Shown one piece after another: positions 26,450 through 39,300 of a stretch of DNA of 64,000 nucleotides. The notes under the pieces are model-generated. The model was given only the letters and a program-made list of their open reading frames with translations. It was not told where the DNA came from and made no database searches. Numbering within the stretch: the stretch's first letter is position 1; every line of letters begins with the position of its first letter. The stretch comes from Octopus sinensis. Its lineage: Eukaryota. A program made the translations under genes and the position numbers. Where the stretch lies: contig NC_043024.1 in the NCBI RefSeq assembly GCF_006345805.1, positions 7,130,001 through 7,194,000 of the forward strand, in the 5' to 3' direction.

Positions 26450-26902
26450 TGCACATGAGAAAATAAGGAGGGATGTCCGGAAGAGCATCGCTGTAACACT
26501 TCCAGATGGGAAGGGTCTTCCTTTGATGCTGACATGCAATGTCTGTGCAAGACCCTGCCTCAGTAAAGCTGGACTCATGAGTCATCTTCGAAGTCATAAA
26601 GCGAGACAGATGAGTGACAACCTGGCCACTGGTGGTGGTGTAACACATCATACTAATCATATCTGTCAGGCATGTAGAAGAGAGTGTAATTCGGCAGGAG
26701 GACTTAAACGACATGCAAAGGTACATGAAGCCCAGTTACAACTACGGCCGGCTATTACCGGTAAAGGTTTTAGTTGCCAATTCTGTACAAGAGATTGTAG
26801 ATCTTTGGCTGGGCTAAAAAGTCGCATTCGATCACAGCACCAATAACAGTTAAGCTTCGTGCAATGGCCACACTCAATAACGAGGGGGCAGCCATAATAA
26901 TA
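26450..26902 (+). mobile_element. LINE (RTE-like) 3' end encoding three C2H2 zinc fingers
   Basis: CNVC..HLRSH, CQAC..HAKVH and a degenerate CQFC..RIRSQH. Followed by a short 3'UTR and a (TAA)-type tail. 5'-truncated into a microsatellite. Confidence 0.65.
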
Positions 26903-27035
26903 TATATGACACAGCTAGGTTTTGAACCTAAAACAGTAAGACAATTATTTCTCTCTTTTTCTCTCTCCCGCTCCCTTTACATCTCTTTCTGTCTACTGCT
27001 TTCTCTCTCTCTCTCTTTTCCTCTCTCCCTCTTAC

Positions 27036-27178
27036 CAGAGCAACGGAGGGGTCCAGATGATTCAGCTTCATACGGGAGGCATGGCAACAGTGGTAAGATT
27101 CGTCTCCTGTGGTGTTTGTTGACCCGATGTCAACGACAGGCTGGGTGGTGTGTGGGTCGAGGTAGATCAGTTCATCCT
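27036..27178 (-). CDS. ATG4: ATG4 coding exon with catalytic Asp/His
   Basis: DELIYLDPHTTQPVVDIGSTNTTGDESYHCCHASRMKLNHLDPSVAL, containing the YLDPH catalytic motif. 143 nt, phase 1/0. Confidence 0.98.
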
Positions 27179-28758
27179 CTGAAATAACAGAGAGGTCAAA
27201 GGTTACATTAGCCACGGAGGAGCCAGAAAGCGTGCAGAAATGAACATGGGCTGGAGCAATCAGACACACAGAAGGACACACACACACACACACACACACA
27301 TACATATGGGGGAATGTGTGGGTGTTTATAAGACAAGAATTACAATTCCACATGTGAATTACATAATTGCAACATTCTCTATTCAAAACTGGAAATGGTA
27401 ACTCTCACTATTCCTCACCATGGATTACCATTGAACATTCTCAATGTAGGCGTAAGCGTAGGAGTGGCTGTGTGGTAAGTAGCTTGCTTACCAACCACAG
27501 GGTTCCGGGTTCAGTCCCACTGCATAGCACCTTGGGTAAGTGTCTTCTACTATAGCCACGGGTTCAGCAAAAGAGACCAATAAAAAAAAGTACTAGGCTT
27601 ACAAAGTATAAGTCCTGGGGTCAATTTGCTCGACTAACAGGCAGTGCTCCAGCATGACCACAGTCAAATGACTGAAACAAGTAAAAGAGTATTTGAAACT
27701 GCTATTGGATATTACCTATAACTCTATTCTCCATCTGATCACGGATCTCCCCAATGCATCCCTAGTTTACTTTGATCCTTTCCACCATTCTTGACAAACT
27801 GGAATACACTAACATCGATTGGGGACTTCCCCTTGCTTTTACATATCTCTCACTTCTGCCTCTCTGATGACGGAATACTCGGCCTATGGAATCCTTACTT
27901 AATATGATGATTCACACACTTGGCTATTCTAGAAAAAGCTCAAAAGAGACTCTGTATATCTATATTCTCTATCTAAATTAAATACCCTCTCTTTACTTCT
28001 ATTCAGTCACTTGACTGCAGCCATGCTGGAGCACTGCCTTTTAGTCGAGCAAATCGACCCCAGGAATTATACTTTGTAAGCCTAGTACTTATTCTATTGG
28101 TCTCTTTGCCGAACCGCTAAGTTACGGGGATATAAATACACCAGCATCAGTTGTCAAGTGATGTTGGGGGTACAAACACAGACACACACATATATATATA
28201 TACACATACATATATGAAGCAGTGAGCTGGCAGAAACGTTGATGTGCCGGGCGAAATGCTTAACGGTATTTCGTCTGTCGTTACGTTCTGAGTTCAAATT
28301 CCGCCAAGGTCGACTTTACCTTTCATCCTCTCAGGGTTGATAAATAAAGTACCAGTTTTGTACTGGATCGATGTAATCGACTTAATCACTTTGTCTGTCC
28401 TTGTTTGTCCCCTCTATGTTTAGCCCCTTGTGGGTAGTAAAGAAATATATATTATATATATATACATACATATACATATATACGACGGGCTTCTTTCAGT
28501 TTCCGTCTACCAAATCCATTCACAAGGCTTTGGTCAGCCCGAGGCTAAAGTAGAAGACACTTGCCCAAGGTGCCACGCAGTGGGACTGAACCTGGAACCA
28601 TGTGGTTGGTAAGCAAGCTACTTACTACACAGCCACTCCTGTGCCTATATATCTTTTTCAAGTGATGCCACACAGTTTGTTTTTTCGTTTTTACTTTGAT
28701 TGCAACATCACAAAATTTCCAAATTGCAGAAATAGAAAAGGATCAGTTTACAACTTAC

Positions 28759-28837
28759 CAAAAGTACCGACAAACCAATGGGCATGGTTCGGTTTCCCAC
28801 CGATAATTCCTACTGATTGTTTTAATGACAGACACAT
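28759..28837 (-). CDS. ATG4: ATG4 coding exon
   Basis: MCLSLKQSVGIIGGKPNHAHWFVGTF(E), containing the conserved QSxGxIGGKPN regulatory loop. 79 nt, phase 0/1. Confidence 0.96.
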
Positions 28838-30614
28838 CTGGAAAATAGAAGAAATTAAGAAAAATAATGGTTTCCGATGGGAATGAAATATTTGAGGAGA
28901 ATTCATTGAAGGAAATACCTATTTCTTTACTACCCACAAGGGGCTAAACATAGAGTGGACAAACAAGGACAGACATAGGTATTAAGTCGATTATATCGAC
29001 CCCAGTGCGTAACTGGTACTTATTTAATCAACCCCGAAAGGATGAAAGGCAATGTCGACCTCGGCGGAATCTGAACTCACAAATTAACAGCAGACGAAAT
29101 ACCTATTTCTTTATTACCCACAAGGGGCTAAACAAGGACAGACAAAGGGATTAAGTCGATTAGATCGACCCCAGTGTGTAACTGGTACTTAATTTATCGA
29201 CCAAAAGAGGATGAAAGGTAAAGTCGACCTCGGCAGAATTTGAATACTGCCAAGCATTTCGCCCGGTGTGCTAACGTTCCTGCCAGTTCGCCACCTTTAC
29301 AAGTGAGGTACCATCACCTGTAAAGGACATGCCTGTATGTATAGATGCCTGCAATTCTACCTAGCTTCATGTTTCTTCTCAAGCACAGCAAACTGCTACA
29401 ACTCCCGGTCCTTTGTCATTTCCTCAGTGAGGCCTAATGTCTGAAGACCCTTTCTCACCACTTCAACCCACATCTTCCTGGGTCTATCCCCTCCACAGGT
29501 TCCCTCCACAATTAGTGACCATTTGCATATTTAAATCCCTTTTGGTATGGCTCAGTGGTTAGAGCGTCAAACTTACAATCATGAGGTTGTGAGTTCGAAT
29601 CCTGGACCAGGCTGTGTGTTGTGTTCTTGAGCAAGACACTTTATTTTCATGTCACTCCAGTTCCCTCAGCTATAGAAATGAGTTGCGACATCACGGGTGC
29701 CAAGCTGTATTGACCTTTGCCTTTCCCTTGGGATAACACTGGTGGCGTGGAGAGGGGAGGCCGGTATATATGGGCAACTGCCTGTCTTCTATAAACAACC
29801 TTGCCCAGACTTGTGCCTGGGAGGGTAACTTTCTAGGTGCAATTCCATGGTCATTCATGACCGAAGGGGGTCTCCAGTACCAAAAGTACCTTAGGTTCTA
29901 TGATACATAGAACTAAATTAAAATTTCCATCAAAATTTCATATCAATTTGTCCCTAACACCCAGATTAAGCCCCCCAACCCACCCTCCCAGCATTTAAAC
30001 CAGCCATATCCAACCCAAATATTCTTCCTGCTTTAAGTTCAAACTGGCCAAATCTGGCCTCTCACACCTACCCTACAATGTCGTTCCAAAAAGAAACTAT
30101 CACATCATCAAAAACTCAAAGCAATGTGATACTCTCTCTCTTTTTACTCTTTTACTTGTTTCAGTCATCTGACTGCGGCCATGCTGGAGCACCGCCTTTA
30201 GTCGAGCAAATCGACCCCAGGACTTATTCTTTGTAAGCCCAGTACTTATTCTATAGGTCTCTTTTGCCAAACCACTAAGTTACAGGGACGTAAACACACC
30301 AGCATCAGTTGTCAAGCAATGTTGGGAGGACAAACACAGACACACACACACATATATATACAACGTGCTTCTTTTCCATTTCCGTCTACCAAATCCACTC
30401 ACAAGGCTTTGGTCGGCCTGAGGCTATAGTAGAAGACACTTGTCCAAGGTGCCATGCAGTGGGACTGAACCCAGAATCATGTGTTTGGTAAGCAAGCTAC
30501 TTACCACACAGCAACTCCTGCGCCTATATGATGATAAACTTTAGCAAATAAGCTATTTTTATTCAACATAACTAGTCCAGGAACTTTTTGATACCACCTC
30601 AAATGAACCTCCAA

Positions 30615-31026
30615 AGGGCCATATAGATCCCCAAGGGTCATATTGACCCTCAAGGACCATATTGACCCCAGTTAAGGACCATACTGACCCCAGTTAAGGA
30701 CTATATTGACCCCAGTTAAGGACCATATCGACCCCAGTTAAGGACCATACAGACCCCAGTTAAGGATCACACTGACCCCAGTTAAGGACCATACTAACCC
30801 AAGGACCATACAGACCCCAGTTAAGGACCATATTGACCCCAGTTAAGGACCATACTGACCCAAGGACCATACTGACCCCAGTTAAGGACCATACTGACCC
30901 CAGTTAAGGATCACACTGACCCCAGTTAAGGATCACACTGACCCCAGTTAAGGACCATACTGACCCCAGTTAAGGACCATATTGACCCCAGTTAAGAACC
31001 ATATTGACCCCAGTTGAGAACCACTG
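30615..31026. repeat. 22-bp minisatellite (ggaccatactgaccccagttaa) at the end of a hAT-like MITE
   Basis: About 17 units. The array ends in ...gaccccagttgagaaccactg, whose reverse complement CAGTGGTTCTCAAC is a hAT/Charlie-like terminus. Confidence 0.85.
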
Positions 31027-31160
31027 ATCAACAGCTGCAGTAAACTTAACTAGGGCCAACAACCATGTCTTTTGTATTTCAAGACAAGATGACCACAGGT
31101 AGAATGTATTGATCAAGGCCAGCCAGGGATTAAATAACAAGACTTAGCAAGATAGGTTAC

Positions 31161-31348
31161 CTTGAGACTGTTGAAGTATAGAGAATTGATATCGGTCAGT
31201 CCGAGCCTGAGAGGAATAATCAGTAACAAGGGTGACCAACTGGACTCTTTTAATGATGAACCTGCTGTTAGTGGGGAACTGTCGGAGATGGATTTAGATT
31301 CTAGCTGACCGTTATCACGATTGGCGGTGAAGTTCTTGCACAAAGTCC
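31161..31348 (-). CDS. ATG4: ATG4 coding exon
   Basis: TLCKNF...SWSPLLLIIPLRLGLTDINSLYFNSLK, containing the conserved PLRLG motif. 188 nt, phase 1/0. Confidence 0.96.
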
Positions 31349-31418
31349 CTGGGGAAGAAAGAGAGAAAGAGAAAGTTGAAAGAAAGGGTTAGCATCATTG
31401 TAGATATTATCACCATCC

Positions 31419-31450
<32 letters not shown>

Positions 31451-32196
31451 TAGAGTGTTATCATCACTCTTGTTGTTATTATCATCACCACCTTTTCATT
31501 ATTGTCACCATACTCTTTTACTTGTTTCAGTCATTTGACTGCGGCCATGCTGGAGCACCGCCTTTAGTTGAGCAAATCGACGCCGGGACTTATTCTTTGT
31601 AAGCCCAGTACTTATTCTATCGGTCTCTTTTGCCAAACCACTAAGTGACGGAGACGTAAACACACCAGCATCGGTTGTCAAGTGATGTTAGGGGAACAAA
31701 CACAGACACACAAACATACACACACACATACATATATATATACATATATACAACAGGCTTTTTTCAGTTTCCGTCAACCAAACCCACTCACAAGGCTTTG
31801 GTCGGCCCGAGGCTATAGCAGAAGACATTTGCCCAAGGTACCACACAGTGGGACTGAACCCGGAACCTTGTGGTTGGTTAGCAAGCTACTTACCACACAG
31901 CCACTCCTGCGCCTATGTTCATTTTTATGATCATCATCACCACCAGCATCATAATAACCACCATCCTCATCATAATCATCAGTCATGCATACATCATTTT
32001 ATTCTTTCTAGTCATTTTTACTGCAGCCATGCTGGAGCACCAACTTAAAAAAAGAGTTTTAGTTGAGCAAATCAACCCCAGGACTTATTCTTTGTAAGCC
32101 TAGTACATATTTTATCACTCTATTTTGCCAATCTGCTAAGTTACAGGGACATAAACACACCAGCATCAGCTGTCAAGCAATGGGGGTGGGAGACAA

Positions 32197-32227
<31 letters not shown>

Positions 32228-32567
32228 CACTCCAAGAAAGTTAGGGGTTGTGAATCCAACCAACTAAGGGATAATATCTCTCCAATATACTGTTGGTAGA
32301 ATACCCAATTATTAATACACAAGTGTTTTTTCTTGCATTGAAATTAAATTACCGAGTGTACTTAATGGGTGAAGGTAAAGAGATTTTTTACCATTAATTT
32401 ATATAGCAAATAAGAAAACGGAGGGGATCAATGGAGGGTATTCATCAACTTTTAGACATTAAGTTATGCTAACTTAACATAATATAATGTCTAAAAGTTG
32501 ATGAACCACCAATTGATCCTCTCCATTTCCTTATTGCTATATATATATCTATCATATATACGATGTG

Positions 32568-32920
32568 CTTCTTTCAGTTTCCATCTACCAAATCCACTCA
32601 CAAGGCTTTGGTCAGCCCGAGGCTATAATAGAAGACACTTGCCCAAGGTGTCACACAGTGGGACTGAACCTTCTTACCACACAGCTACGCCTGCACCTAT
32701 ACACTCATACAACAGGCTTCTTTCAGTTTCCATCTACCAAATCCACTCACAAGGCTTTGGTCAGCCCGAGGCTATAATAGAAGACACTTGCCCAAGGTGT
32801 CACACAGTGGGACTGAACCTTCTTACCACACAGCTACGCCTGCACCTATACACTCATACAACAGGCTTCTTTCAGTTTCCATCTACCAACTATCATACAC
32901 AGGGCTTTGGTTGGCCTTGA
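32568..32920 (-). repeat. 149-bp tandem duplication of a SINE head fragment
   Basis: Units begin at 32568, 32717 and 32866 (partial). Confidence 0.88.
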
Positions 32921-33042
32921 GGCTATTGGAGACACATGCCCAAGCTGCAGCAAGAGTGCATCTTATAGACCCATAAATATGGTAATCACTCTGACCCCAT
33001 CACCTCAAAAAAAAATGAATACATGTGATAGAATATACTCAC

Positions 33043-33122
33043 TGATGTCATCTTCTATGATGGTGTTGTCCATGGCTACATGGGTGACGATGGCGCTCCA
33101 TTCATCATATACAGACAGCTTC
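33043..33122 (-). CDS. ATG4: ATG4 coding exon
   Basis: KLSVYDEWSAIVTHVAMDNTIIEDDI(R). tag|..|gtgagt junctions, 80 nt, phase 2/1. Confidence 0.95.
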
Positions 33123-33360
33123 CTAATGAGAGGAAGATGAAGAATAAAGGTAGGGTGTGTATGTGTATGTAAGAGAGAGAGAATCAGTAGAATAACATAT
33201 ATTGACATGCACACACATATATACATACATGCATACACTCATAAATAAGAATTTTTTGCTTGATAAGATAAAAAAAACCAAGGCCATATAGATATTAGAG
33301 CATTTATAGATAAAAACTCTTATATATTTGCAAACAGGCTTTTTCTTTCATCGTGATCCG

Positions 33361-33420
33361 GTGATTACTGCCCGTTGATAAGAGACAATAATCTCGAAAA
33401 CACAGTCCGGTGTGTATCAC
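33361..33420 (+). ncRNA. Degenerate hammerhead related to the 15318 module
   Basis: GUGAU..CCG-UUGAUAA-GAGA(CAAUAA)UCUC-GAA-AACACAGU-C/CGG..AUCAC. Downstream sequence (gccagctggag...ctggggct...ggttagccatatt) is shared with 15435-15512. Confidence 0.5.
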
Positions 33421-34599
33421 TTAGGCTTACGAGAAAGGGATGGCCTCCCTTTGCAAATACCTTAAGTGCAGAGAAATTGTGTCTAAAGCCAGCTGGAGAC
33501 GATGATCTCCTGGGGCTAAAAAGCTACAGTAACACCCCTCCCCTTTGTGGTTAGCCATATTGAGATGGCTATTATACTTTACATGGTCCTACAGTCGTTT
33601 CTAGGATATCATTAATTAATATCCTAGAAACAGCTGTAAGACCTTCTATCTATAAATGCTCTAATATCTATACAGCCTTGGTTTTTTTTTATCTTATTAC
33701 ACAAAAATTCTTATACACACACGCTGACATAGAACCAACGTTGAACCCTTTATTCGCAATATTACCGAATCTGGAACTTAACTATGGTCTGTCTATAGCA
33801 CTTATTCAGCATTACCTGACACCTTTGGGTCTCAATGACACCATTATCTCTTATACACTCATAAATATACATACATATGCACATGTACACATACATCATG
33901 ATCACCATCATCATCATTTAACGTCCGTTTCCCATGCTGACATGGGTTAGACGGTTTGACAGGAGCTAGTAAGGCCGGGGGTCATGCCAAGCACCATTGC
34001 CTGTTCTGGCACGGTTTCTACAGCTGGATGCCCTTCCTAACGCCAACCACTCTGAGAGTGTAGAGGGTGCTTTTACGTGCCACCGGCACAAGGGCAAGTC
34101 AGGCGATACTGGTAACGACCATGCTCAAATGGTGTTTTTTACGTGCCACCTGCACAGGAGCCAGTTCAGTGGCACTGGCAACAACCTTGCTCAAATGTTT
34201 TCTTTTGACGTGCCACCTGCACGAGGGCAAGTCAGGCGACACTGGTAATGATCACGCTCGAATGGTGCTTTTTACGTGCCACCAGCGACCCAATATTCAT
34301 CGTCTGAAAGTCTCCACTTTTTGCTTCCTCTCATTTTTCATGTATATATCATCATCATCATCATCATCACTGTATACATATAAACATATTTTATATTTCA
34401 TACCCAAACTATTATATTTAATATATCTAATTTTTTATCCACATAATTGCCTCCATATACGCTCAACTTAATCCCTCTTATAGCCATTCTTTACCCTATG
34501 GAATTGATCCCCTGTAAAGACATGGGAGTCAGAGTTTGAATCATTTGAGCACTACAAAGTGTCTTCTATACCGAGAATCTGTGCATCTCATCTGTTGAC

Positions 34600-35303
34600 T
34601 CTTGGGATGAAGTGGTGAAGCTCAACCCTCGAACATTAAGCCTCACCGAGGCAATGACTAGTGACTGAGACTTTTGGAAATATGCTGTGCTTGAGAAGAC
34701 CCAGCAAGCTGAATGAAACCATAACCTCGTGGCCTATGCCAGGGGTGTAACCAGCCCACTTATGCATACCTTTCCTTCATTGGACACTAAACTCTGCTTG
34801 CAAAGACCTGTTGAGGCAAGTGAAATCGAAATCAAATTCAATGACTGGCATCCGTGCTAGTGGAGTGCTAAGAGCACCACCTGAGCATGATCGTTGCCAG
34901 TGCGGCTAACTGGATTCCGTGCTGGTAGCACGTAAAAAGCACCATTAAAACGTGATTGTTACCAGTGTCGCCTTACTGGCATTTGTGCTGGTGGCACATG
35001 AAAAAGCTTTCGAGCAAGGTCGTTGCCAGTGCCGCTGGACTGGCTCCTGTGCAGGCGGCACGTAAAAAACACCATTTGAGTGTGGTCGTTGCCAGTACCG
35101 CCGACTGGCTCTCGTGCCGGTGGCACGTAAAAGCACCAACTACACTCTTGGAGTGGGTGGCGTTAGGAAGGGCATCCAGCTGTAGAAACTCCGCCAGATC
35201 AAGATTGGAGTCTGGTGCAGCCATCTGGTTCGCCAGTCTTCAGTCAAATCGTCCAACCCATGCTAGCATGGAAAGTGGACGTTAAACGATGATGGTGATG
35301 ATG
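34600..35303 (+). mobile_element. RTE LINE 3'UTR fragment with (GAT)n tail (representative of many copies)
   Basis: Shares ..tatgctgtg.ttgagaagacc.. with the end of the 60830-63030 RTE. Ends catgctagcatggaaagtggacgttaaacgatgatg. Other copies lie at about 21502, 33905, 44195, 44782 and 47240 (minus) and 59590 (plus). Confidence 0.75.
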
Positions 35304-35496
35304 ATAAAGCACATATACATAAGCACATATATACACATATATATACAAAATCTTGAAAAAATAAATAGAGCACAAAAAGAACCCCAACATACAATGGTGA
35401 ATAATGGTAAAGAAACCAAACAAGAAATGAAGAATGTAAAAGACAGAAAATAAGGCCAGACACCAAATTCCTGTCAATAGTCATCAGCAGACTTAC

Positions 35497-35569
35497 TTTA
35501 AGACTTGAGCTATAGTGTTTGGACCAAACCAACTTCCAACTGTTTTACCTTCAGATACGCCCATTGAGG
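35497..35569 (-). CDS. ATG4: ATG4 coding exon
   Basis: (A)SMGVSEGKTVGSWFGPNTIAQVL(K), containing the conserved G-x-W-F/Y-G-P motif. 73 nt, phase 1/2. Confidence 0.97.
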
Positions 35570-35637
35570 CTGAAAATATAAGATGATTGGGTAAGAATTG
35601 GTCGTTTGTAATAACAACAAGAATAAGTCTGTTAGAA

Positions 35638-35705
<68 letters not shown>

Positions 35706-36011
35706 ACCGACCAGACCATCAGATGTTGCTACACATCGCTGGTCACAGTGCGTTTGCATTGTTTTTTAGCCTTCGAATGATGCCACCCCGTTAGCAAAGC
35801 GAGCAGGCCAACAGAAGAAAGAGTGGGAGAAAGAGTGGTGAAAGAGTACAGCCGGGATCACCACCCCCTGCCGGAGCCTCGTGGAGCTTTTTAGGTGTTT
35901 TCGCTCAATAAACACACATAACGCCCGGTCTGGGAATCGAAACCGCGATCCTACAACCGCGAGTCCGCTGCCCTAACCACTGCGCCATTGCGCCTCCACA
36001 TATATATATAC

Positions 36012-36044
<33 letters not shown>

Positions 36045-36156
36045 CTGCAAATTTAGGGTGAATACTTGATAAGTGTAAGCACCTGTATACGCCAGCTAGT
36101 GGCAGAGGTGAGAGGGTATATATCAAATAAAATCAAAAACAGAACACAAAGGATGT

Positions 36157-36249
36157 CGTGGTACACGTGTTTCAAGCCTTATAAACGACCTGTTCTTACA
36201 TCAGTGTATAATAGATATAAAAGATGGTTTAAAGCTCTCTTCAACCGCA
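36157..36249 (-). ncRNA. Hammerhead of the 17806 family with core C-to-U change
   Basis: UGCGG-UUGAAGA-GAGCUUU...AAGGCUU-GAA-ACACGUGU-A/CCACG. The module at 36044-36262 is near-identical to 17557-17776. Confidence 0.6.
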
Positions 36250-36660
36250 TGCATTATTATTCCAAAGAATTTCAACACAATATAAAAAATATGAAAAGTA
36301 CTACATGTAGTCGGGGAGAGAAACTTTGCTATTACCAGATAGTTATCTCCCTTGATTTAAACTACACCGCCATTTGTCATTCAACAGTTAATAATTGTCA
36401 AGTGACAGATATTTTACCATCTCTGGTAATCACTACAATTAACTCACAGTTAAATAACAATATTATAATTGATATAAATTTATTGCAAATCTACAAATGA
36501 AAAATGGCGAATGGACATCTATATCTAGCATATAGGCTGTCCACTTTTAGTGGTTAGTCTTCTAAATTTTGTATGTAAAAAAGAATTTTTAATCTTTGGA
36601 TTTTCTTAAAATATGCTAGGCCACTGGTTTTAATTGATTAATATCAATTTCTACCCTTAT

Positions 36661-36757
<97 letters not shown>

Positions 36758-37040
36758 GGCGCAGGAGTGGCTGTGTGGTAAGTAGCTTGCTAACCAACCA
36801 CATGGTTGCGGGTTCAGTCCCACGGCATGACATCTTGGGCAAGTGTCTTCTGCTATAGCCCCAGGCCAACCAATGCCTTGTGAGTGTATTTGGTAGACGC
36901 AAACTGAAAGAAGCCTGTCGTATATATGTATATATATATATGTATGTGTGTGTATATGTTTGTGTGTCTGTGCTTGTCCCCCTAGTGTTGCTTGACAACC
37001 GATGCTGGTGTGTTTAATTCCCCGTAACTTAGCGGTTCGA

Positions 37041-37171
37041 CAAAAGAGACCGATAGAATAAGTACTGGGCTTACAAAGAATAAGTCCCGGGGTCGATTTG
37101 CTCGACTAAAGGCGGTGCTCCAGCAAGGCCGCAGTCACATGACTGAAACAAGTAAAAGAGTAAAAGAGTAT

Positions 37172-37226
<55 letters not shown>

Positions 37227-37947
37227 CTTTGTGTCCATGTTTGTCCCCTCCATCACTGCTTGACAATCAGTGCTGATATGTTTACATCCCTGTAACTAAG
37301 AGGTTTGGCAAAAGAGACCAATGGAATAAAGTACTAGGCTTCAGAAGAAAGACCTGGGGTTTATTTGTTTGACTAAAACCCTTCAAGGTGGTGCTCCAGC
37401 ATGGCCACAGTCAAATAACTGAAACAAAAGAATAAAAGAATATGTGTGTTTGTGTGTTTATTCGTGTGTGTGTGTGCATGTGTGTGTGCATGCATGTGTG
37501 TGTGCATGCATGTGTGTGTTTATTCGTGTGTGTGTGTGTCTGTGTATGTGTGTGTGTCCCACAACCACCATTTGACAACTGGTGTTGGTATGTTTACATC
37601 CCTGTAACTTAGCAGCTTAGCAAAAGAGATCAATAAAATAAGTACCAGGCTTTAAAAATCAAGTACGGGGGGGGTCAGTTCAGCTGACTAAAAACAGGTT
37701 CTTCAAAGTGGTGCCCCAGCTTGGCCGCTGTCTAATGACTAAATGATTGCAGAAGTATAACCAAACTTTAACAACAAAATCTTATAAGGCCCCCACCAAA
37801 GGGTCTATCGGCAAAAGAGACCGATACAATAAGTACTAGGCTTACAAAGAATAAGTCCCGGGGTCGATTTGCTCGACTAAAGGCGGTGCTCCAGCAAGGC
37901 CGCAGTCACATGACTGAAACAAGTAAAAGAGTAAAAGAGTATATATA

Positions 37948-38001
<54 letters not shown>

Positions 38002-38690
38002 CTTTGTGTCCATGTTTGTCCCCTCCATCACTGCTTGACAATCAGTGCTGATATGTTTACATCCCTGTAACTAAGAGGTTTGGCAAAAGAGACCAATGGA
38101 ATAAAGTACTAGGCTTCAGAAGAAAGACCTGGGGTTTATTTGTTTGACTAAAACCCTTCAAGGTGGTGCTCCAGCATGGCCACAGTCAAATGACTGAAAC
38201 AAAAGAATAAAAGAATATGTGTGTTTGTGTGTGTTTATTCGTGTGTGTGTGTGCATGTGTGTGTGCATGCATGTGTGTGTTTATTCGTGTGTGTGTGTGT
38301 CTGTGTATGTGTGTGTGTCCCACAACCACCATTTGACAACTGGTGTTGGTATGTTTACATCCCTGTAACTTAGCAGCTTAGCAAAAGAGATCAATAAAAT
38401 AAGTACCAGGCTTTAAAAATCAAGTACGGGGGGGGTCAGTTCAGCTGACTAAAAACAGGTTCTTCAAAGTGGTGCCCCAGCTTGGCCGCTGTCTAATGAC
38501 TAAATGATTGCAGAAGTATAACCAAACTTTAACAACAAAATCTTATAAGGCCCCCACCAAAGGGTCATATCGGCAAAAGAGACCGATACAATAAGTACTA
38601 GGCTTACAAAGAATAAGTCCCGGGGTCGATTTGCTCGACTAAAGGCGGTGCTCCAGCATGGCCGCAGTCAAATGACTGAAACAAGTAAAA
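37041..38690. repeat. Tandem duplication of a composite SINE-tail block of about 765 bp
   Basis: Near-identical units start at 37041 and 37812, and a third partial unit starts at 38574. Confidence 0.9.
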
Positions 38691-38813
38691 GAGTAGTTTG
38701 CATGTAGACACATATATATACACACACATATATGTATATACACATATAGAAACAGTATATATGTATGTAAAATGGGTATGGAAGAGAGAAGTACTGATCT
38801 AGGATAACCTTAC

Positions 38814-38915
38814 CGATTTGATGTATTGAATAATAAGATGTCCGTTTATCCTGGAAGAGGCTCAGTACCTTTCGGTAGACAGGGTCGTTGAGGGAGTCCT
38901 TGGACCAGCGCCAGT
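38814..38915 (-). CDS. ATG4: ATG4 coding exon
   Basis: (D)WRWSKDSLNDPVYRKVLSLFQDKRTSYYSIHQI. AG/GT junctions, 102 nt, phase 1/1. Confidence 0.96.
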
Positions 38916-39205
38916 CTGAAATTGAATGAAATGAGAGCATCAGGAGAATTGAGGAGGAGAGAAAACAGCGGGGAGGTGGGTAAAAAAAAGAGATACAAAG
39001 AGAGGGAAAAAAAAGTAGTAGGTGCAGGAGTGGCTGTGTGGTAAGTAGCTTGGTTACCAACCACATGGTTCCGGGTTCAGTCCCACTGCGTGGCACCTAG
39101 GGCAAGTGTCTTCTACTATAGCCTCGGGCCGACCAAAGCCCTGTGAGTGGATTTGGTAAACGGAAACTGAGGAAGCCCGTCGTATATACGTGTGTGTGTG
39201 TGTAT

Positions 39206-39258
<53 letters not shown>

Positions 39259-39261
39259 TGT

Positions 39262-39300
<39 letters not shown>

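Noticed and set aside
30615-31026. CRISPR-like regular repeat
   Set aside because: Head-to-tail units without unique spacers, in a eukaryotic context.
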